From an uncultured Gammaproteobacteria bacterium (lineage in GTDB: Bacteria > Patescibacteriota > Microgenomatia > Levybacterales > GWA1-39-11): a DNA stretch of 64,000 nucleotides. The stretch covers positions 1,715-65,714 of the forward strand of contig CAYVKP010000001.1 in the NCBI GenBank assembly GCA_964452165.1, written 5' to 3'. A program made the translations under genes and the position numbers. This document shows positions 54,333 to 64,000 of this stretch, piece by piece (positions within the stretch are counted from its first letter, which is position 1; every line of letters starts with the position of its first letter). The notes under the pieces were generated by a model. The model saw only the letters and a program-made list of their open reading frames with translations. It made no database searches and was not told where the DNA came from.

Positions 54333-56507
54333 ATGGATCCACAAAAAAGACTCTCCAAAATTAAGATAGGCAAATTTAAGCTCAGTGGAATAATTCTATT
54401 TGTTCTGATTGTGCTGGGAGCGATTTTTTCATACTTTTTCGTGCTTAGGGATATTCCATCAACCGCAATAATAGGCACGGCTAATTATCCTCAGACTACA
54501 AATATCTATGACAGGAATGGAAAGTTGCTGTATGCAATTTATACAAAGAAGAATCAGACCTTTGTGCCCTTTGATAAAATACCAGATCAGCTTAAACAGG
54601 CAACGATTGCCATCGAGGATAAAGACTTTTACAAACATGGAGCCATTGATTTTAGAGGAATAACGCGTGCTGCCATCTCAACCGTCTTTCACAAACAAGT
54701 ACAGGGTGGATCAACCATCACACAACAGCTTGTTAAAGCAACTCTACTAACACCTGAGCAAACCGTAACCCGCAAGATTAAAGAGATAATACTTTCCTTC
54801 CTGGTTGAATCTATTTACTCCAAAAATAAAATTCTTGAAATGTACCTCAATCAAGTAGCATATGGTGGTACGGCGTGGGGTGTTCAAGCCGCATCTTATG
54901 TTTACTTTGATAAACCCGTGGATAAGCTTAACCTTGCAGAAGCAGCTTTTCTTGCCGGTCTTCCTCAGGCACCCAGCATCTACTCGCCGTTTGGATCCCA
55001 CCCAGAGGCAGGGCGCTCAAGACAGCTTGAGGTGCTCAAGAGTATGCGCCAAGAAGGATATATTACGGCCTCCCAGCAAGAAAATGCAGCGGCTTACAAC
55101 TTAAAATTTTCCAAAATTCAAAACAAAATTTTGGCTCCTCACTTCGTTTTCTACATCAAGGATTTGCTTGCACAAAGGTATGGCCAGAGAATCGCAGACC
55201 AGGGAGGTTTAAACGTTACAACAACGCTTGATCTGGGTCTTCAGAACTATGTCCAGGCAAGTGTCTCAGGAGAACTTGATAAACTCGACAATCCAACAGT
55301 TACAAATGGTGCGGCCCTTGTTACAGAGCCCGGCACAGGCGAAATACTTGCAATGGTCGGGTCGCGCGATTATTTTGATGCGGATCATGACGGAAACGTC
55401 AATGTAACAATTTCAAAAAGACAGCCGGGATCAAGCATCAAACCCATAAATTATGCCGTTGGTCTTGCAAAAGGATATACGGCTTCAACTCCGTTTATTG
55501 ACCAGCCGATATGTTTTCAAGCTTCCGGACAACCAAACTACTGTCCCGTAAATTACGATGGAAAATGGCACGGAATAGTTCAGATGAGATATGCACTTGC
55601 AAACTCGTTTAATATTCCGGCCGTGAAGATGCTTAAGCTAAACACAGTGCAGGACATGATTGCCTCAGCCTCTGCAATGGGAATTACAACTTTTGATTCA
55701 CCCGACAGATACGGGTTATCACTAACCCTTGGAGGAGGAGAAGTGTATATGACAGATATGACCGAGGCGTTTGGTGTCTTTGCAAACGGCGGTTACAGAA
55801 TCCCCCTACAACCAATTCTCAAGGTCACAGATAGAACCGGAAAGGTTCTTGAAGAGTATAAGCCACCAACAAGTCCAATTTTTGGTAAGAAAGTTATAGA
55901 TCCGGGAATCTCGTTTATTATCTCAAGTATCTTATCCGATAACGCTGCACGAGCAGTAGAATTTGGAACTAACTCCCCTCTTAAAATCGGAAATTACATC
56001 GTATCAGTTAAAACTGGAACGACCAATGATTTTCGCGACAACTGGACAATTGGATATACACCGGAATATGTAGTTGCAGCATGGGTAGGAAACAACAACA
56101 ACAAACAAATGACCGGGATTGTATCAGGTATCACGGGAGCAGCTCCTATTTGGCATGCAATTATGGCTCACCTGGTTGCAGGTAATCCCCCCAAAGGACT
56201 TATAAAACCCGATGATGTTATAGGAACTTATGTTTGTACCGATACCGGACAAGTAGCAGCGGCAAAAGAGGGAGGTTGTCCGACTAGATTTGAATACTTG
56301 CTTCGCAATTCTCAGAATAGTCACGGGAAGATAGAAAAAGAAAACGTTTTGATTGACAAGGGAAGCCAAAATATTGCCAAGCCCGGCCAGACGGACAATG
56401 TTGAGATGCAAGAGAAAACCGTCGTCCTTGATGCTAACGGAGATAGGTATTGTATCGACTGTCCGCATCCAGAGCTTGTCTCACCAACCCCAACTCCTAA
56501 GCCTTAA
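54333..56507 (+). CDS. mrcA: class A penicillin-binding protein (transglycosylase + transpeptidase)
   Basis: GT51 motifs (ATIAIEDKDFYKHGAIDFRGI, TITQQLVK). Transpeptidase SSIK (SxxK) and KTGTT motifs. N-terminal TM anchor. Confidence 0.85.
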   Translation: MDPQKRLSKIKIGKFKLSGIILFVLIVLGAIFSYFFVLRDIPSTAIIGTANYPQTTNIYDRNGKLLYAIYTKKNQTFVPFDKIPDQLKQATIAIEDKDFYKHGAIDFRGITRAAISTVFHKQVQGGSTITQQLVKATLLTPEQTVTRKIKEIILSFLVESIYSKNKILEMYLNQVAYGGTAWGVQAASYVYFDKPVDKLNLAEAAFLAGLPQAPSIYSPFGSHPEAGRSRQLEVLKSMRQEGYITASQQENAAAYNLKFSKIQNKILAPHFVFYIKDLLAQRYGQRIADQGGLNVTTTLDLGLQNYVQASVSGELDKLDNPTVTNGAALVTEPGTGEILAMVGSRDYFDADHDGNVNVTISKRQPGSSIKPINYAVGLAKGYTASTPFIDQPICFQASGQPNYCPVNYDGKWHGIVQMRYALANSFNIPAVKMLKLNTVQDMIASASAMGITTFDSPDRYGLSLTLGGGEVYMTDMTEAFGVFANGGYRIPLQPILKVTDRTGKVLEEYKPPTSPIFGKKVIDPGISFIISSILSDNAARAVEFGTNSPLKIGNYIVSVKTGTTNDFRDNWTIGYTPEYVVAAWVGNNNNKQMTGIVSGITGAAPIWHAIMAHLVAGNPPKGLIKPDDVIGTYVCTDTGQVAAAKEGGCPTRFEYLLRNSQNSHGKIEKENVLIDKGSQNIAKPGQTDNVEMQEKTVVLDANGDRYCIDCPHPELVSPTPTPKP

Positions 56508-56522
56508 TGCTATAATTGCTTT

Positions 56523-56789
56523 ATGGCTGACAAAAATCTCGAAGACAGAGTTGCTGCGTTAGAAGAAAGAAACAAACGGGTAGAAGCTGGAAAAGCTTGG
56601 GAGACAAGTTGGACAAGAAGAATTATCATTGCAGTATTCACTTATTTATCGATCGCTTTGTATTTGAAGTTTGTTGTCCGAATAGATCCTTGGATTAACG
56701 CGATTGTTCCAGCAGTCGGCTTTTTACTTTCAACACTAACTCTTCCCTTTTTTAAATCTTTTTGGACGAAATATATTGCTAAAAGATAA
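56523..56789 (+). CDS. hypothetical small membrane protein
   Basis: 88-aa ORF with two TM helices. Its 3' end overlaps the convergent gene. Confidence 0.3.
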   Translation: MADKNLEDRVAALEERNKRVEAGKAWETSWTRRIIIAVFTYLSIALYLKFVVRIDPWINAIVPAVGFLLSTLTLPFFKSFWTKYIAKR

Positions 56790-58040
56790 ACCAAAAGTTA
56801 GAGCTAGAATTATTTGCCCTTGTTCAACAGTCAGAAAAAAGTGATCAAACATTCCGACTACAATTATTCCAATCAAGACGAACAGAAGGCCGCGGCTAAA
56901 GCTCTTAACCTCCACGGATTTGCTTTTTAGATTGTGGTAAACCGAACGAAACGCTAATAGAAAGACGTATGGAAAAATCCACCAACCCAACAAGCCAAGA
57001 GATAAAATCGACAAAATGAAAATGTTATGTACCGGCTGAAAAACAATTGGAGATATTGTCTTAATAAGAGGTGCTTGATGAATAAAAAAGTTATTAAGAC
57101 CTATTCCAAAATAAGGGGCGCTTAGAAATATTTTTAGTGACTGCGCGAATAGTTCTTCTCTAAAATCTATCCCGCGGAATAAAAATTCCGGACCAAATAT
57201 TTGTTGAAATCTTAAATAGATAGAAACGACCAAAACGAGTAAAATAGGCGCGAAATATTTCACATTACGCTTTCCTTTCGTGTAAAGTTCAATCAATAAA
57301 AAGACAACAGCAAGCAAAATTACTATTCTTGAAAAAGTTAAAATCAAAGCGATAGAACAAAAGATAACGGTTGCCGCCAAAAATACTTTTTCACTTGTAT
57401 TCTTTTCTAAAAATATTCTTTCGGTAGCAAAAACCACCACCATCAGCAGAAAAAAAGCGAGAATGTTAGGGTGAGGAAAAGCAGCATAACTTCTTAGGAT
57501 CTGGTGGTCAAGATTTACCGTTGATATACCAATCGTCGCAAGATTAAAATTTCGCTCTCCTAAGAAATACCATAGACCGCCAACCGATGATTGATTTACA
57601 AACTGCCAAATCCCAAGAACCGATGAGACAATTCCTGAGAGAGCAAGTACATCAATCAAGTATGGTATATCCTGTAAAACAAAAGTCTTGGCGACAAAAA
57701 AGCTAAAAAGAACAAATTCGGCAACTTTTATCATTCCAAAAAGGTGAGCGGGTACTGATTTTGCAAATAAAAGATTCACCAAAATATCTAGAATGAAAGC
57801 CGCAGATAATAAAGTTAAAATTTTATTTCTTGCAAAAGAGGTTTTTTTAATTGGAAGTAAGATTACAGAGGCTACAATGAATAAAATTAGTAATACGTCC
57901 AGGAAGTATAGGGTAGGGGATAAATAATCAACTCTTGCACCAAATATATAAGCAAAATTTGGCCAGAAATGAAAACCGGTCTGAAAAGACAAGCAGAAAA
58001 TGAGCAGGAAGAGGACAACTTTTCCTACTCTTCCAAACAT
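56736..58040 (-). CDS. polytopic membrane protein, O-antigen ligase/polymerase-like
   Basis: 434 aa with 10 or more TM helices. The topology is reminiscent of Wzy/WaaL family proteins. Confidence 0.45.
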   Translation of the reverse strand: MFGRVGKVVLFLLIFCLSFQTGFHFWPNFAYIFGARVDYLSPTLYFLDVLLILFIVASVILLPIKKTSFARNKILTLLSAAFILDILVNLLFAKSVPAHLFGMIKVAEFVLFSFFVAKTFVLQDIPYLIDVLALSGIVSSVLGIWQFVNQSSVGGLWYFLGERNFNLATIGISTVNLDHQILRSYAAFPHPNILAFFLLMVVVFATERIFLEKNTSEKVFLAATVIFCSIALILTFSRIVILLAVVFLLIELYTKGKRNVKYFAPILLVLVVSIYLRFQQIFGPEFLFRGIDFREELFAQSLKIFLSAPYFGIGLNNFFIHQAPLIKTISPIVFQPVHNIFILSILSLGLLGWWIFPYVFLLAFRSVYHNLKSKSVEVKSFSRGLLFVLIGIIVVGMFDHFFLTVEQGQIILALTFGLSFSNIFRPKRFKKGKS

Positions 58041-58090
58041 GGGTGTAGTTTAACAATCGAAGATAGAAAGTTCAACAGCAAAGAAGGGGG

Positions 58091-58540
58091 TTATTTCTTT
58101 TTAATTACGAGGACACGGTCGCGGCCTTCGCCTTCCGACTCGCTTGTTACTTCATCTGACTCCGCAAGCTGCATATGAATGACGCGTCTCTCCCAAGGTT
58201 TAAGTCCCCTAACTGTTTTTGCTTCACCCGTCTCAACAACCTCATCAACCAATCTTCCGGTAAGATCCTGAAGATATTCTTCTCTCTCCTGTCTGTAACC
58301 GCCAATCTCAACAAGAATCCTTTTAAATTCTCCGGTCTTCTGAGAAACAATCAAAGAAAGGACCAATTCAAGTGACGAGAGTGTATTACCGTGTTTTCCA
58401 ATAAGAAGGGCATTTTCCTGGCAGTCGATGTGGACTGAGAAACTATCGTCTTGAGGCTCAACCTTTACGGTTGCATCTAGTCCGATTTTATCAAGAAGTG
58501 CTTTTGCTTCTTCTTCAATTGTCTTATTTATTTCTTCCAT
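58091..58540 (-). CDS. khpB: RNA-binding protein KhpB/Jag (KH + R3H domains)
   Basis: Lies immediately downstream of yidC, the conserved yidC-jag arrangement. C-terminal R3H-like LTGRLVDEV...RRVIHMQL. Confidence 0.65.
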   Translation of the reverse strand: MEEINKTIEEEAKALLDKIGLDATVKVEPQDDSFSVHIDCQENALLIGKHGNTLSSLELVLSLIVSQKTGEFKRILVEIGGYRQEREEYLQDLTGRLVDEVVETGEAKTVRGLKPWERRVIHMQLAESDEVTSESEGEGRDRVLVIKKK

Positions 58541-59360
58541 TTAATCCTACTTTTCTAAAATGCTTGGAGGCAGAACCAGCACCTACCAAAATATACTGCT
58601 GGAGTATACCAAAAATTGTGAATGTATTCCAGTAAAGAGAGAGGCCCAGGGGAAGCGAGAAAGAGAAGAACCCAATCATTGCAGGAAAGAGAAACATCGA
58701 TTGCTTCTGAAATGCTGCTTGGAAATCGTCTTCTTTCTTTTTACCCGTCGCTGCGACCGGAGTGAGTAAGGATTCTTCAGGCATCATCATTTTTGACAAA
58801 ATAAACTGAAGTAATCCGGTAATAACTGGAATTGCCACCATCCATGGCGCGTGCCCAAAAAGCTTAGAAGGAGAATCTCCTAAGGAAAGACCGAAAAACG
58901 AGGTGTCCCAAATTCGTTGTAATTTTAGGAAATCAAAATAAAGCACTTTATTTATTGGAGCAAGCTCCTTGAGTGAATGAATTTTTACAGCAGTCGTTAA
59001 AACATGATAAAGAGCCCAAATGACGGGAAGTTGAACAATAAGCGGCAAACAACCGGCGGCAGGATTGACGCCATGCTCTTTGTAAAGTCTCATTATTTCT
59101 TCCTGCTGACGCTTATTATCTCCTTTGTGTTTTTCTTTAATAGCTGCCAGGTGGGGAGCAACTTTTTGCATTTTGTAAGAAGACTTAATCTGTGCTGCGG
59201 TGAAGGGGTAAAGAATAAATCTTACAAAGGCAGTGAGCGCGATTATAGAAAACCCGAACGCAAATGGGATATGAAGACTTACGAATAACTTATAAAACCC
59301 GACCATTACATTGGTTATTGGGTTGGTGAATACTATGTTGAAAATATCAAAAATTACCAT
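58524..59360 (-). CDS. yidC: membrane protein insertase YidC (short form)
   Basis: Five TM helices with the conserved YidC/Oxa1 core. Located downstream of rnpA. Confidence 0.85.
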   Translation of the reverse strand: MVIFDIFNIVFTNPITNVMVGFYKLFVSLHIPFAFGFSIIALTAFVRFILYPFTAAQIKSSYKMQKVAPHLAAIKEKHKGDNKRQQEEIMRLYKEHGVNPAAGCLPLIVQLPVIWALYHVLTTAVKIHSLKELAPINKVLYFDFLKLQRIWDTSFFGLSLGDSPSKLFGHAPWMVAIPVITGLLQFILSKMMMPEESLLTPVAATGKKKEDDFQAAFQKQSMFLFPAMIGFFSFSLPLGLSLYWNTFTIFGILQQYILVGAGSASKHFRKVGLNGRNK

Positions 59361-59664
59361 TTTTTATTTTATTAAGTGCCTCCTCAATTTCTTTAGCAAG
59401 AATCGGTTTCTCAGTTTGCTTTCTAGAATAGAAGACGAGACTGAGATTGTCTTCTATGTTAACTTTCTGAGCAACAATATCAAGAATCTCTCTTTTTATA
59501 CTGTTGCGAACAACCGCTCGCTTATCTATTCTCTTACTTACTACTACTGCAACTTTTAAACCTTGCCCGTCATTTTTTTTGTATCTGAGATTAAATGATT
59601 CGGAGGATATGGATTGCTTTGGTAGTTTACTATCAAATTTAAATCTTTGCTTCTTAGAAAACAT
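59347..59664 (-). CDS. rnpA: ribonuclease P protein component
   Basis: 105-aa basic protein in the rpmH-rnpA-yidC context. Confidence 0.75.
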   Translation of the reverse strand: MFSKKQRFKFDSKLPKQSISSESFNLRYKKNDGQGLKVAVVVSKRIDKRAVVRNSIKREILDIVAQKVNIEDNLSLVFYSRKQTEKPILAKEIEEALNKIKNGNF

Positions 59665-59796
59665 TTAAACGCGCTTTCGGCCCTTGAGTCTTCTGCGCTT
59701 TATAACTTGTTTTCCCGTTCTGGTTTTAAGCCTGCCAAGAAATCCATGTTTTCTTGCATGTTTTATCTTACTGGCTTTTTTAAGCATCTCTGGCAT
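59665..59796 (-). CDS. rpmH: 50S ribosomal protein L34
   Basis: Manual translation gives MPEMLKKASKIKHARKHGFLGRLKTRTGKQVIKRRRLKGRKRV, the L34 family pattern. Not in the ORF track (below size cutoff). Confidence 0.8.
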   Translation of the reverse strand: MPEMLKKASKIKHARKHGFLGRLKTRTGKQVIKRRRLKGRKRV

Positions 59797-59896
59797 AGAG
59801 CATAATGATACCAAAAAATGAACCTAATCACAAGAAGAGGACAGAAAAATACCGGAAACGCTTGATTCTTTGTTCCTAATTATTTATTCTTAATGT

Positions 59897-61036
59897 ATGG
59901 TAAGAGTTGCAATAAATGGATACGGAAGAATTGGAAGAATAGCGCATCGGGTGATCTTACTCTCTCATCAAGATGAGATTGATGTTGTTGCGATAAATGC
60001 CGGTTCCTCAACAGACATTACCGGCTGGATGTATCTTCTAAAATACGACACTGTTTATGGAGGGCTCCAAGATTTTGAACTATCCGTTAAGAAGCCTGAG
60101 GAGGTTCAATTACCATTTCAGTCTGAAACCCCTCTTATTGGAGCGCTCGTTATAAACGGAAAGCAGATTCCCATTTTCTCCGGTCGTGAACCAGAGAAAC
60201 TTCCATGGAAAGATCTTGGAGTAGATGTTGTAATTGAATCAACCGGAGCATTCACAACGGCCGAGGGCTTGCAAAAACATATTACGGCCGGAGCGAAATC
60301 CGCTATTCTTTCTGCTCCTTTTAAAGATGAGGCGAGCTCTTCAACTTATGTTTTGGGAGTAAATCTTCCACAAAACGGAGAAGTCAAAATAGAAAATATA
60401 GTAAGTAACGCGTCTTGTACAACTAACTGTATAGCTCCGGTTGCTCACGTAATTGAGACGACTTTCGGGATTGAAAAAGCCATGATGACAACAATTCATG
60501 GATATACTTCAGATCAAAGACTTCAAGATGGCGGACATAAGGACTACAGACGCGCAAGGGCTGCCGCCGACAATATTATTCCAACTTCAACCGGTGCAAC
60601 AAAGGCAGCAGCCAAAGCAATTCCGGCACTTGTTGGTAAATTTAACGGACTTGCCATCAGGGTGCCAGTCCCAACAGGTTCTTTATCCGATTTCACATTT
60701 TTAGTCAAAAGAGATACAACGGTTGAAGAGGTAAATGGGGCTCTTGAAAAAGCAGCTGCGGATCCAAAGTTCGAAGGAATTTTACAAGTAACGCGCGATC
60801 CGATTGTTTCATCTGATATAATCGGCAATTATCATTCTGCAATCGCGGACTTATCACTTACACAAGTCGTTGGAGGAAATATGGTGAAAGTCATCGCTTG
60901 GTACGATAATGAATTTGGATATTCTAATAGATTGGTTGAGGAGGCAATTATACTCGGGAGCCAAGCGCAGACTCCAACACAACCTGCTCAAGGCGCACCG
61001 GCGACACCTGTGCAACAATCTCAAAATCCTACCTAA
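59897..61036 (+). CDS. gap: glyceraldehyde-3-phosphate dehydrogenase
   Basis: NAD-binding INGYGRIGR and catalytic ASCTTNC. 379 aa. Confidence 0.9.
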   Translation: MVRVAINGYGRIGRIAHRVILLSHQDEIDVVAINAGSSTDITGWMYLLKYDTVYGGLQDFELSVKKPEEVQLPFQSETPLIGALVINGKQIPIFSGREPEKLPWKDLGVDVVIESTGAFTTAEGLQKHITAGAKSAILSAPFKDEASSSTYVLGVNLPQNGEVKIENIVSNASCTTNCIAPVAHVIETTFGIEKAMMTTIHGYTSDQRLQDGGHKDYRRARAAADNIIPTSTGATKAAAKAIPALVGKFNGLAIRVPVPTGSLSDFTFLVKRDTTVEEVNGALEKAAADPKFEGILQVTRDPIVSSDIIGNYHSAIADLSLTQVVGGNMVKVIAWYDNEFGYSNRLVEEAIILGSQAQTPTQPAQGAPATPVQQSQNPT

Positions 61037-61042
61037 TATAAA

Positions 61043-61627
61043 ATGAGCGAGAAGAAAGAAATTCCAGGAATCCGAAATATAACAGTTTCGGGGCGCATCG
61101 CAAGTGGTGCGACTACTCTTGCACACCATTTATCAAGCGCGCTCGGTTGGCAGATATTGGACGGTGGAAAATTAATGCGCCAGATCCATTCAGAAATTGG
61201 TGCGGGAGTTGAGGAAACCCTAAAACGACCTGATCATTACGACACTGAGTATGAAGAACGCATTAAAAAAATGCTTAGAGACGAATCGGAATATATAATT
61301 CAAAGCCATTTAGCAGGTTATGATGCCCAGGGTATAGATGGGGTATTTAAGGTTTTGGTCGTCTGTCAAGATCACTCAGGACATGACAGAATGGAAATTA
61401 GAATAGATAGGCTCGTTAATCGTGACAACGTATCTCCTGATCAAGCGAAGCATGAAGTTATGGAGCGTGACCGTCAGAACTTGGAAAAATTCAGAAAGCT
61501 TTACGCAAATGACAATCCTAATTGGGTCTATTGGGATGAAAAATATTATGATCTTGTTGTAAATACTTACGAAAAAAGCCCTGAAGAAAGCTTTCGAACA
61601 GTAATGGAAGCTCTTGGTATTAAATAA
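61043..61627 (+). CDS. cmk: archaeal-type cytidylate kinase-like P-loop kinase
   Basis: P-loop VSGRIASGATT. Overall length (194 aa) and spacing resemble archaeal CMP kinases. Confidence 0.5.
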   Translation: MSEKKEIPGIRNITVSGRIASGATTLAHHLSSALGWQILDGGKLMRQIHSEIGAGVEETLKRPDHYDTEYEERIKKMLRDESEYIIQSHLAGYDAQGIDGVFKVLVVCQDHSGHDRMEIRIDRLVNRDNVSPDQAKHEVMERDRQNLEKFRKLYANDNPNWVYWDEKYYDLVVNTYEKSPEESFRTVMEALGIK

Positions 61628-61990
61628 TTATCCTGTTACATTCTCTAAGTGTTCTATATTCTCGAGTTTGTTATCTCTTGAGACAATTACTCCAATCGCA
61701 TCAATTCTCATGTCATCTGGAAGATTTGAGTGAGAGAGCTTATAGACCTGGGCAAGCTGAACAAGGTGGGCAAGTTTCCAAGGGGCAATGGAATCAAACG
61801 GTGAACCGAATGCATTTGATGTTCGGGTTTTGACCTCTGCGAATACCAAAGTTGAACCATCAAGCGCAATAATATCAATCTCTTCATAGCGCTTTCGGAA
61901 GTTACGCTCAATTATCTTATAGCCCTTCTTCTTAAGATAATCGACCGCTATATCTTCCCCTAAAACTCCCGTAGGGTTTGTTATTTTCAT
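61628..61990 (-). CDS. yraN: YraN family (UPF0102) predicted endonuclease
   Basis: GEDIAVDYLKKKGYKIIERNFR...DIIA...FAEVKTR conserved pattern. Confidence 0.75.
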   Translation of the reverse strand: MKITNPTGVLGEDIAVDYLKKKGYKIIERNFRKRYEEIDIIALDGSTLVFAEVKTRTSNAFGSPFDSIAPWKLAHLVQLAQVYKLSHSNLPDDMRIDAIGVIVSRDNKLENIEHLENVTG

Positions 61991-63033
61991 CTCATCAAGG
62001 CGGCAATTCCAGGAAGAGCGTGACCGGATAAAAATTCCAACATGGCGCCTCCACCGGTTGAGACAAAATCAAACTTATCGAGCAAATTTATCTGACGCAG
62101 ATAGGAAAGCGTGTCTCCACCGCCTACTACTTTGTAAGCTTTTGTTGAAACTATAAACTCAGCCAGTGTTTTTGTTCCTTTTTCAGTCTCCTCACCTTTA
62201 CCCGTGACACCGACGGGTCCATTCCAAACAATCGTGTTTGACATTCCTAAAATCTGGCAAAAATTCTCAACGGATTTTGAGTCGATGTCCGTACCGTCTT
62301 CGTTTGACTCGGAAACTACTACCGCAGATTTTCTTCCGGTAATCTTCTCATGTTGCACTTTTATTAAAACTTTGTCTTGTTCTGCAATCTCTCCTCCCAC
62401 AAGAACATAATCGGCAACATGATGCATCTTCTCAACAAGGGGCAGTTTTGTCTCGATTTTTGCCCCTCCAATAAGTATTGCAAGGGGACGCGCGGGATCG
62501 TTTAATATTTTTGACAACTCATCAATTTCTTTTTTCAAATGCAATCCGGCATATGAAGGAATAAATTTTGTTACGCCGACAATACTTGCATGGGCCCGGT
62601 GAGAAACGGCAAATGCATCGTTCACGTAGACCTCACCAAGTAGTGAAAGTTCGCGACTAAATTCTGTGTCACCCTCCTCCTCTTCTTTGAAGAAACGAAC
62701 ATTTTCAATCAAGTTGATTTTATCGGTAATTTTCCAACCCTTAAGTTTTCCTATTGTCATTGGCTCAACTTTTCCGCTAAGCCTGTCAGCAAACCAGGAT
62801 GCAACTGGCTGAAGCGTAAATTTATCATCTGGCCCATCGGGACGGCCTAAGTGTCCCAGAAGATTTATACATGCATCTTTTTTGAGCAATTCTTCAATAG
62901 TTGGAAGGCTCGCAGAAAGCCTAGTATCGTCGCTTATCTTCCCATTCTTAATATCAACGTCTGAATCAATTCTGAGAAGTACGGTTTTTCCGGAGATAGA
63001 GCTTAGGGTGTCAATTGTTCGAAGATGGGCCAC
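61987..63033 (-). CDS. pgk: phosphoglycerate kinase
   Basis: N-terminal LLRIDSDVDI and substrate-binding LGHLGRPDG motifs. 348 aa. Confidence 0.85.
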   Translation of the reverse strand: MAHLRTIDTLSSISGKTVLLRIDSDVDIKNGKISDDTRLSASLPTIEELLKKDACINLLGHLGRPDGPDDKFTLQPVASWFADRLSGKVEPMTIGKLKGWKITDKINLIENVRFFKEEEEGDTEFSRELSLLGEVYVNDAFAVSHRAHASIVGVTKFIPSYAGLHLKKEIDELSKILNDPARPLAILIGGAKIETKLPLVEKMHHVADYVLVGGEIAEQDKVLIKVQHEKITGRKSAVVVSESNEDGTDIDSKSVENFCQILGMSNTIVWNGPVGVTGKGEETEKGTKTLAEFIVSTKAYKVVGGGDTLSYLRQINLLDKFDFVSTGGGAMLEFLSGHALPGIAALMR

Positions 63034-63072
63034 TTCTTTTTTATACTAAACTGTCACCATCGCTGTCAAAGC

Positions 63073-64000
63073 TTAAGGTTGGTTCGTTGGGGTGGTGCTG
63101 GGCGCAGAAGCGCAGGAAACCGAATTTTCAGTTCCTTTTACGAAATAGCGGTCTTGTCCTACGCAATATTTTTTAACGATGTCACCCGGGATAACAAAAG
63201 CTGAGGGTGTACCCACCTTATCAAGCATCATAGACATTAATTGATGCCACATTGGAGCAGCACCCGTGATACCTGAAGCAAGCGCCGGATTCATTGGTGT
63301 GTTGTCGTTGTTTCCAACCCAGGTTGCTACCAGAACACTTGGTGTAAATCCGACTGTCCAATTATCACGCTTGTTATCCGTTGTGCCCGTCTTGACGGAA
63401 ACCCTTGCCCCATCAATCTTGAGCGGCGTATCAAGTCCAAACTCAATTCTTCTTGCATTATTATCTGCCAAAATGTCCGAAATTACGAATGCTACTCCCG
63501 GATCAATGACATCTGTTGACGTAGGCGACTTTCTGTATAATGATGCACCGGTTGAATCCTTGACTTCAAGTAAAGGATCCAGATTTACTTTTTCTCCACC
63601 ATTTGCAATTACTCCATATGCAGTTGCCAAGTCAGTCATCTTAACTTCTGCTCCTCCTAGAGTAATTGATACTCCATAATTCTTGATCCCCTCCCAAGCC
63701 GAGATACCCATTTTCAAACCAAAATTTTTAACGGCATCGGGACCAAATTTTTGAGTAAGTCGGACAGGCGGAATATTAAAAGAGTTGGCAAACGCTGTAC
63801 GGAGAGGAATTCTACCGTGGAACGTGCCGTCGTAATTGACAGGCGTGTAAGATGGGCCTCCGTCAGGCGAGGTTATGGTCAAGGGAGTATCGTCCATGAT
63901 ACTTGCTTCTGTATAGCCCTGGCTTAGAGCAAGTGTATAGGTAATAAGCTTGATTGAAGACCCGGGTTGGCGAAGAGACGTTGTCAAATTTACATTTCCG
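63073..64000 (-). CDS. penicillin-binding protein, transpeptidase domain (partial; N-terminus lies beyond the window end)
   Basis: RQPGSSIK (SxxK) and KTGTT motifs, a paralogue of the PBP at 54333..56507. The ORF is open to the window edge. Confidence 0.7.
   Translation of the reverse strand, partial: GNVNLTTSLRQPGSSIKLITYTLALSQGYTEASIMDDTPLTITSPDGGPSYTPVNYDGTFHGRIPLRTAFANSFNIPPVRLTQKFGPDAVKNFGLKMGISAWEGIKNYGVSITLGGAEVKMTDLATAYGVIANGGEKVNLDPLLEVKDSTGASLYRKSPTSTDVIDPGVAFVISDILADNNARRIEFGLDTPLKIDGARVSVKTGTTDNKRDNWTVGFTPSVLVATWVGNNDNTPMNPALASGITGAAPMWHQLMSMMLDKVGTPSAFVIPGDIVKKYCVGQDRYFVKGTENSVSCASAPSTTPTNQP

Noticed and set aside
59700-59900. Possible oriC/DnaA-box cluster upstream of rpmH
   Set aside because: No TTATCCACA-like boxes are visible in the rpmH-gap intergenic region and dnaA is not in the window. 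The cluster's origin-proximal position is a reasonable inference, but there is no sequence evidence here.

Overview
Low-GC (~38-40%), gene-dense window that looks like a Candidate Phyla Radiation (Patescibacteria-type) chromosome with small housekeeping genes and several archaeal-type enzymes. It opens inside a 23S rRNA gene on the minus strand (5' end near 212), preceded by tRNA-Ala(TGC) and no adjacent 16S. Recognisable genes include trxA/trxB, an ATP-dependent DNA ligase directly abutting a Fic gene, recF, nnr, a UMP-kinase-like gene, dsbA-like, mutM, two NUDIX genes, a family-4 glycosyltransferase, a 5'-3' exonuclease, ftsH, yidD, acylphosphatase, trpS, murD, murI, valS, rnhA, two class-A PBPs, two CAP/SCP-domain proteins, the rpmH-rnpA-yidC-jag cluster, gap, pgk, and seven tRNAs (Ala, Met-CAT, Ser-GGA, Arg-CCG, Ser-CGA, Arg-GCG, second CAT) with a Xer-type tyrosine recombinase next to the Arg/Ser/Arg trio. 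The outstanding feature is a ~6.2 kb GC-rich (~55-62%) island at about 19.15-25.4 kb in an otherwise AT-rich genome. It encodes a repeat-containing surface protein with a sortase-like C-terminal sorting signal (PPATG + TM + RR), a secreted CHAP-domain cell-wall hydrolase with a proline-rich linker, and a lipoprotein. It also contains a ~2 kb ORF-poor stretch with an internally duplicated (~505 nt offset), hairpin-rich sequence showing compensatory base changes, plus four copies of the palindrome GGGACGTCCC. This is my candidate for a novel large structured ncRNA or regulatory element within a horizontally acquired or host-derived module. A DUF2061-like gene and a TraG/VirD4-like or DUF87 ATPase sit at the island's right edge. 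Other items worth a look are the Fic-DNA ligase operon, a 573-aa unknown protein translationally coupled to an AstE/AspA-family zinc deacylase, tandem KGG-repeat stress peptides, and a short GC-rich Pro-rich repeat tract near 8.0-8.2 kb.
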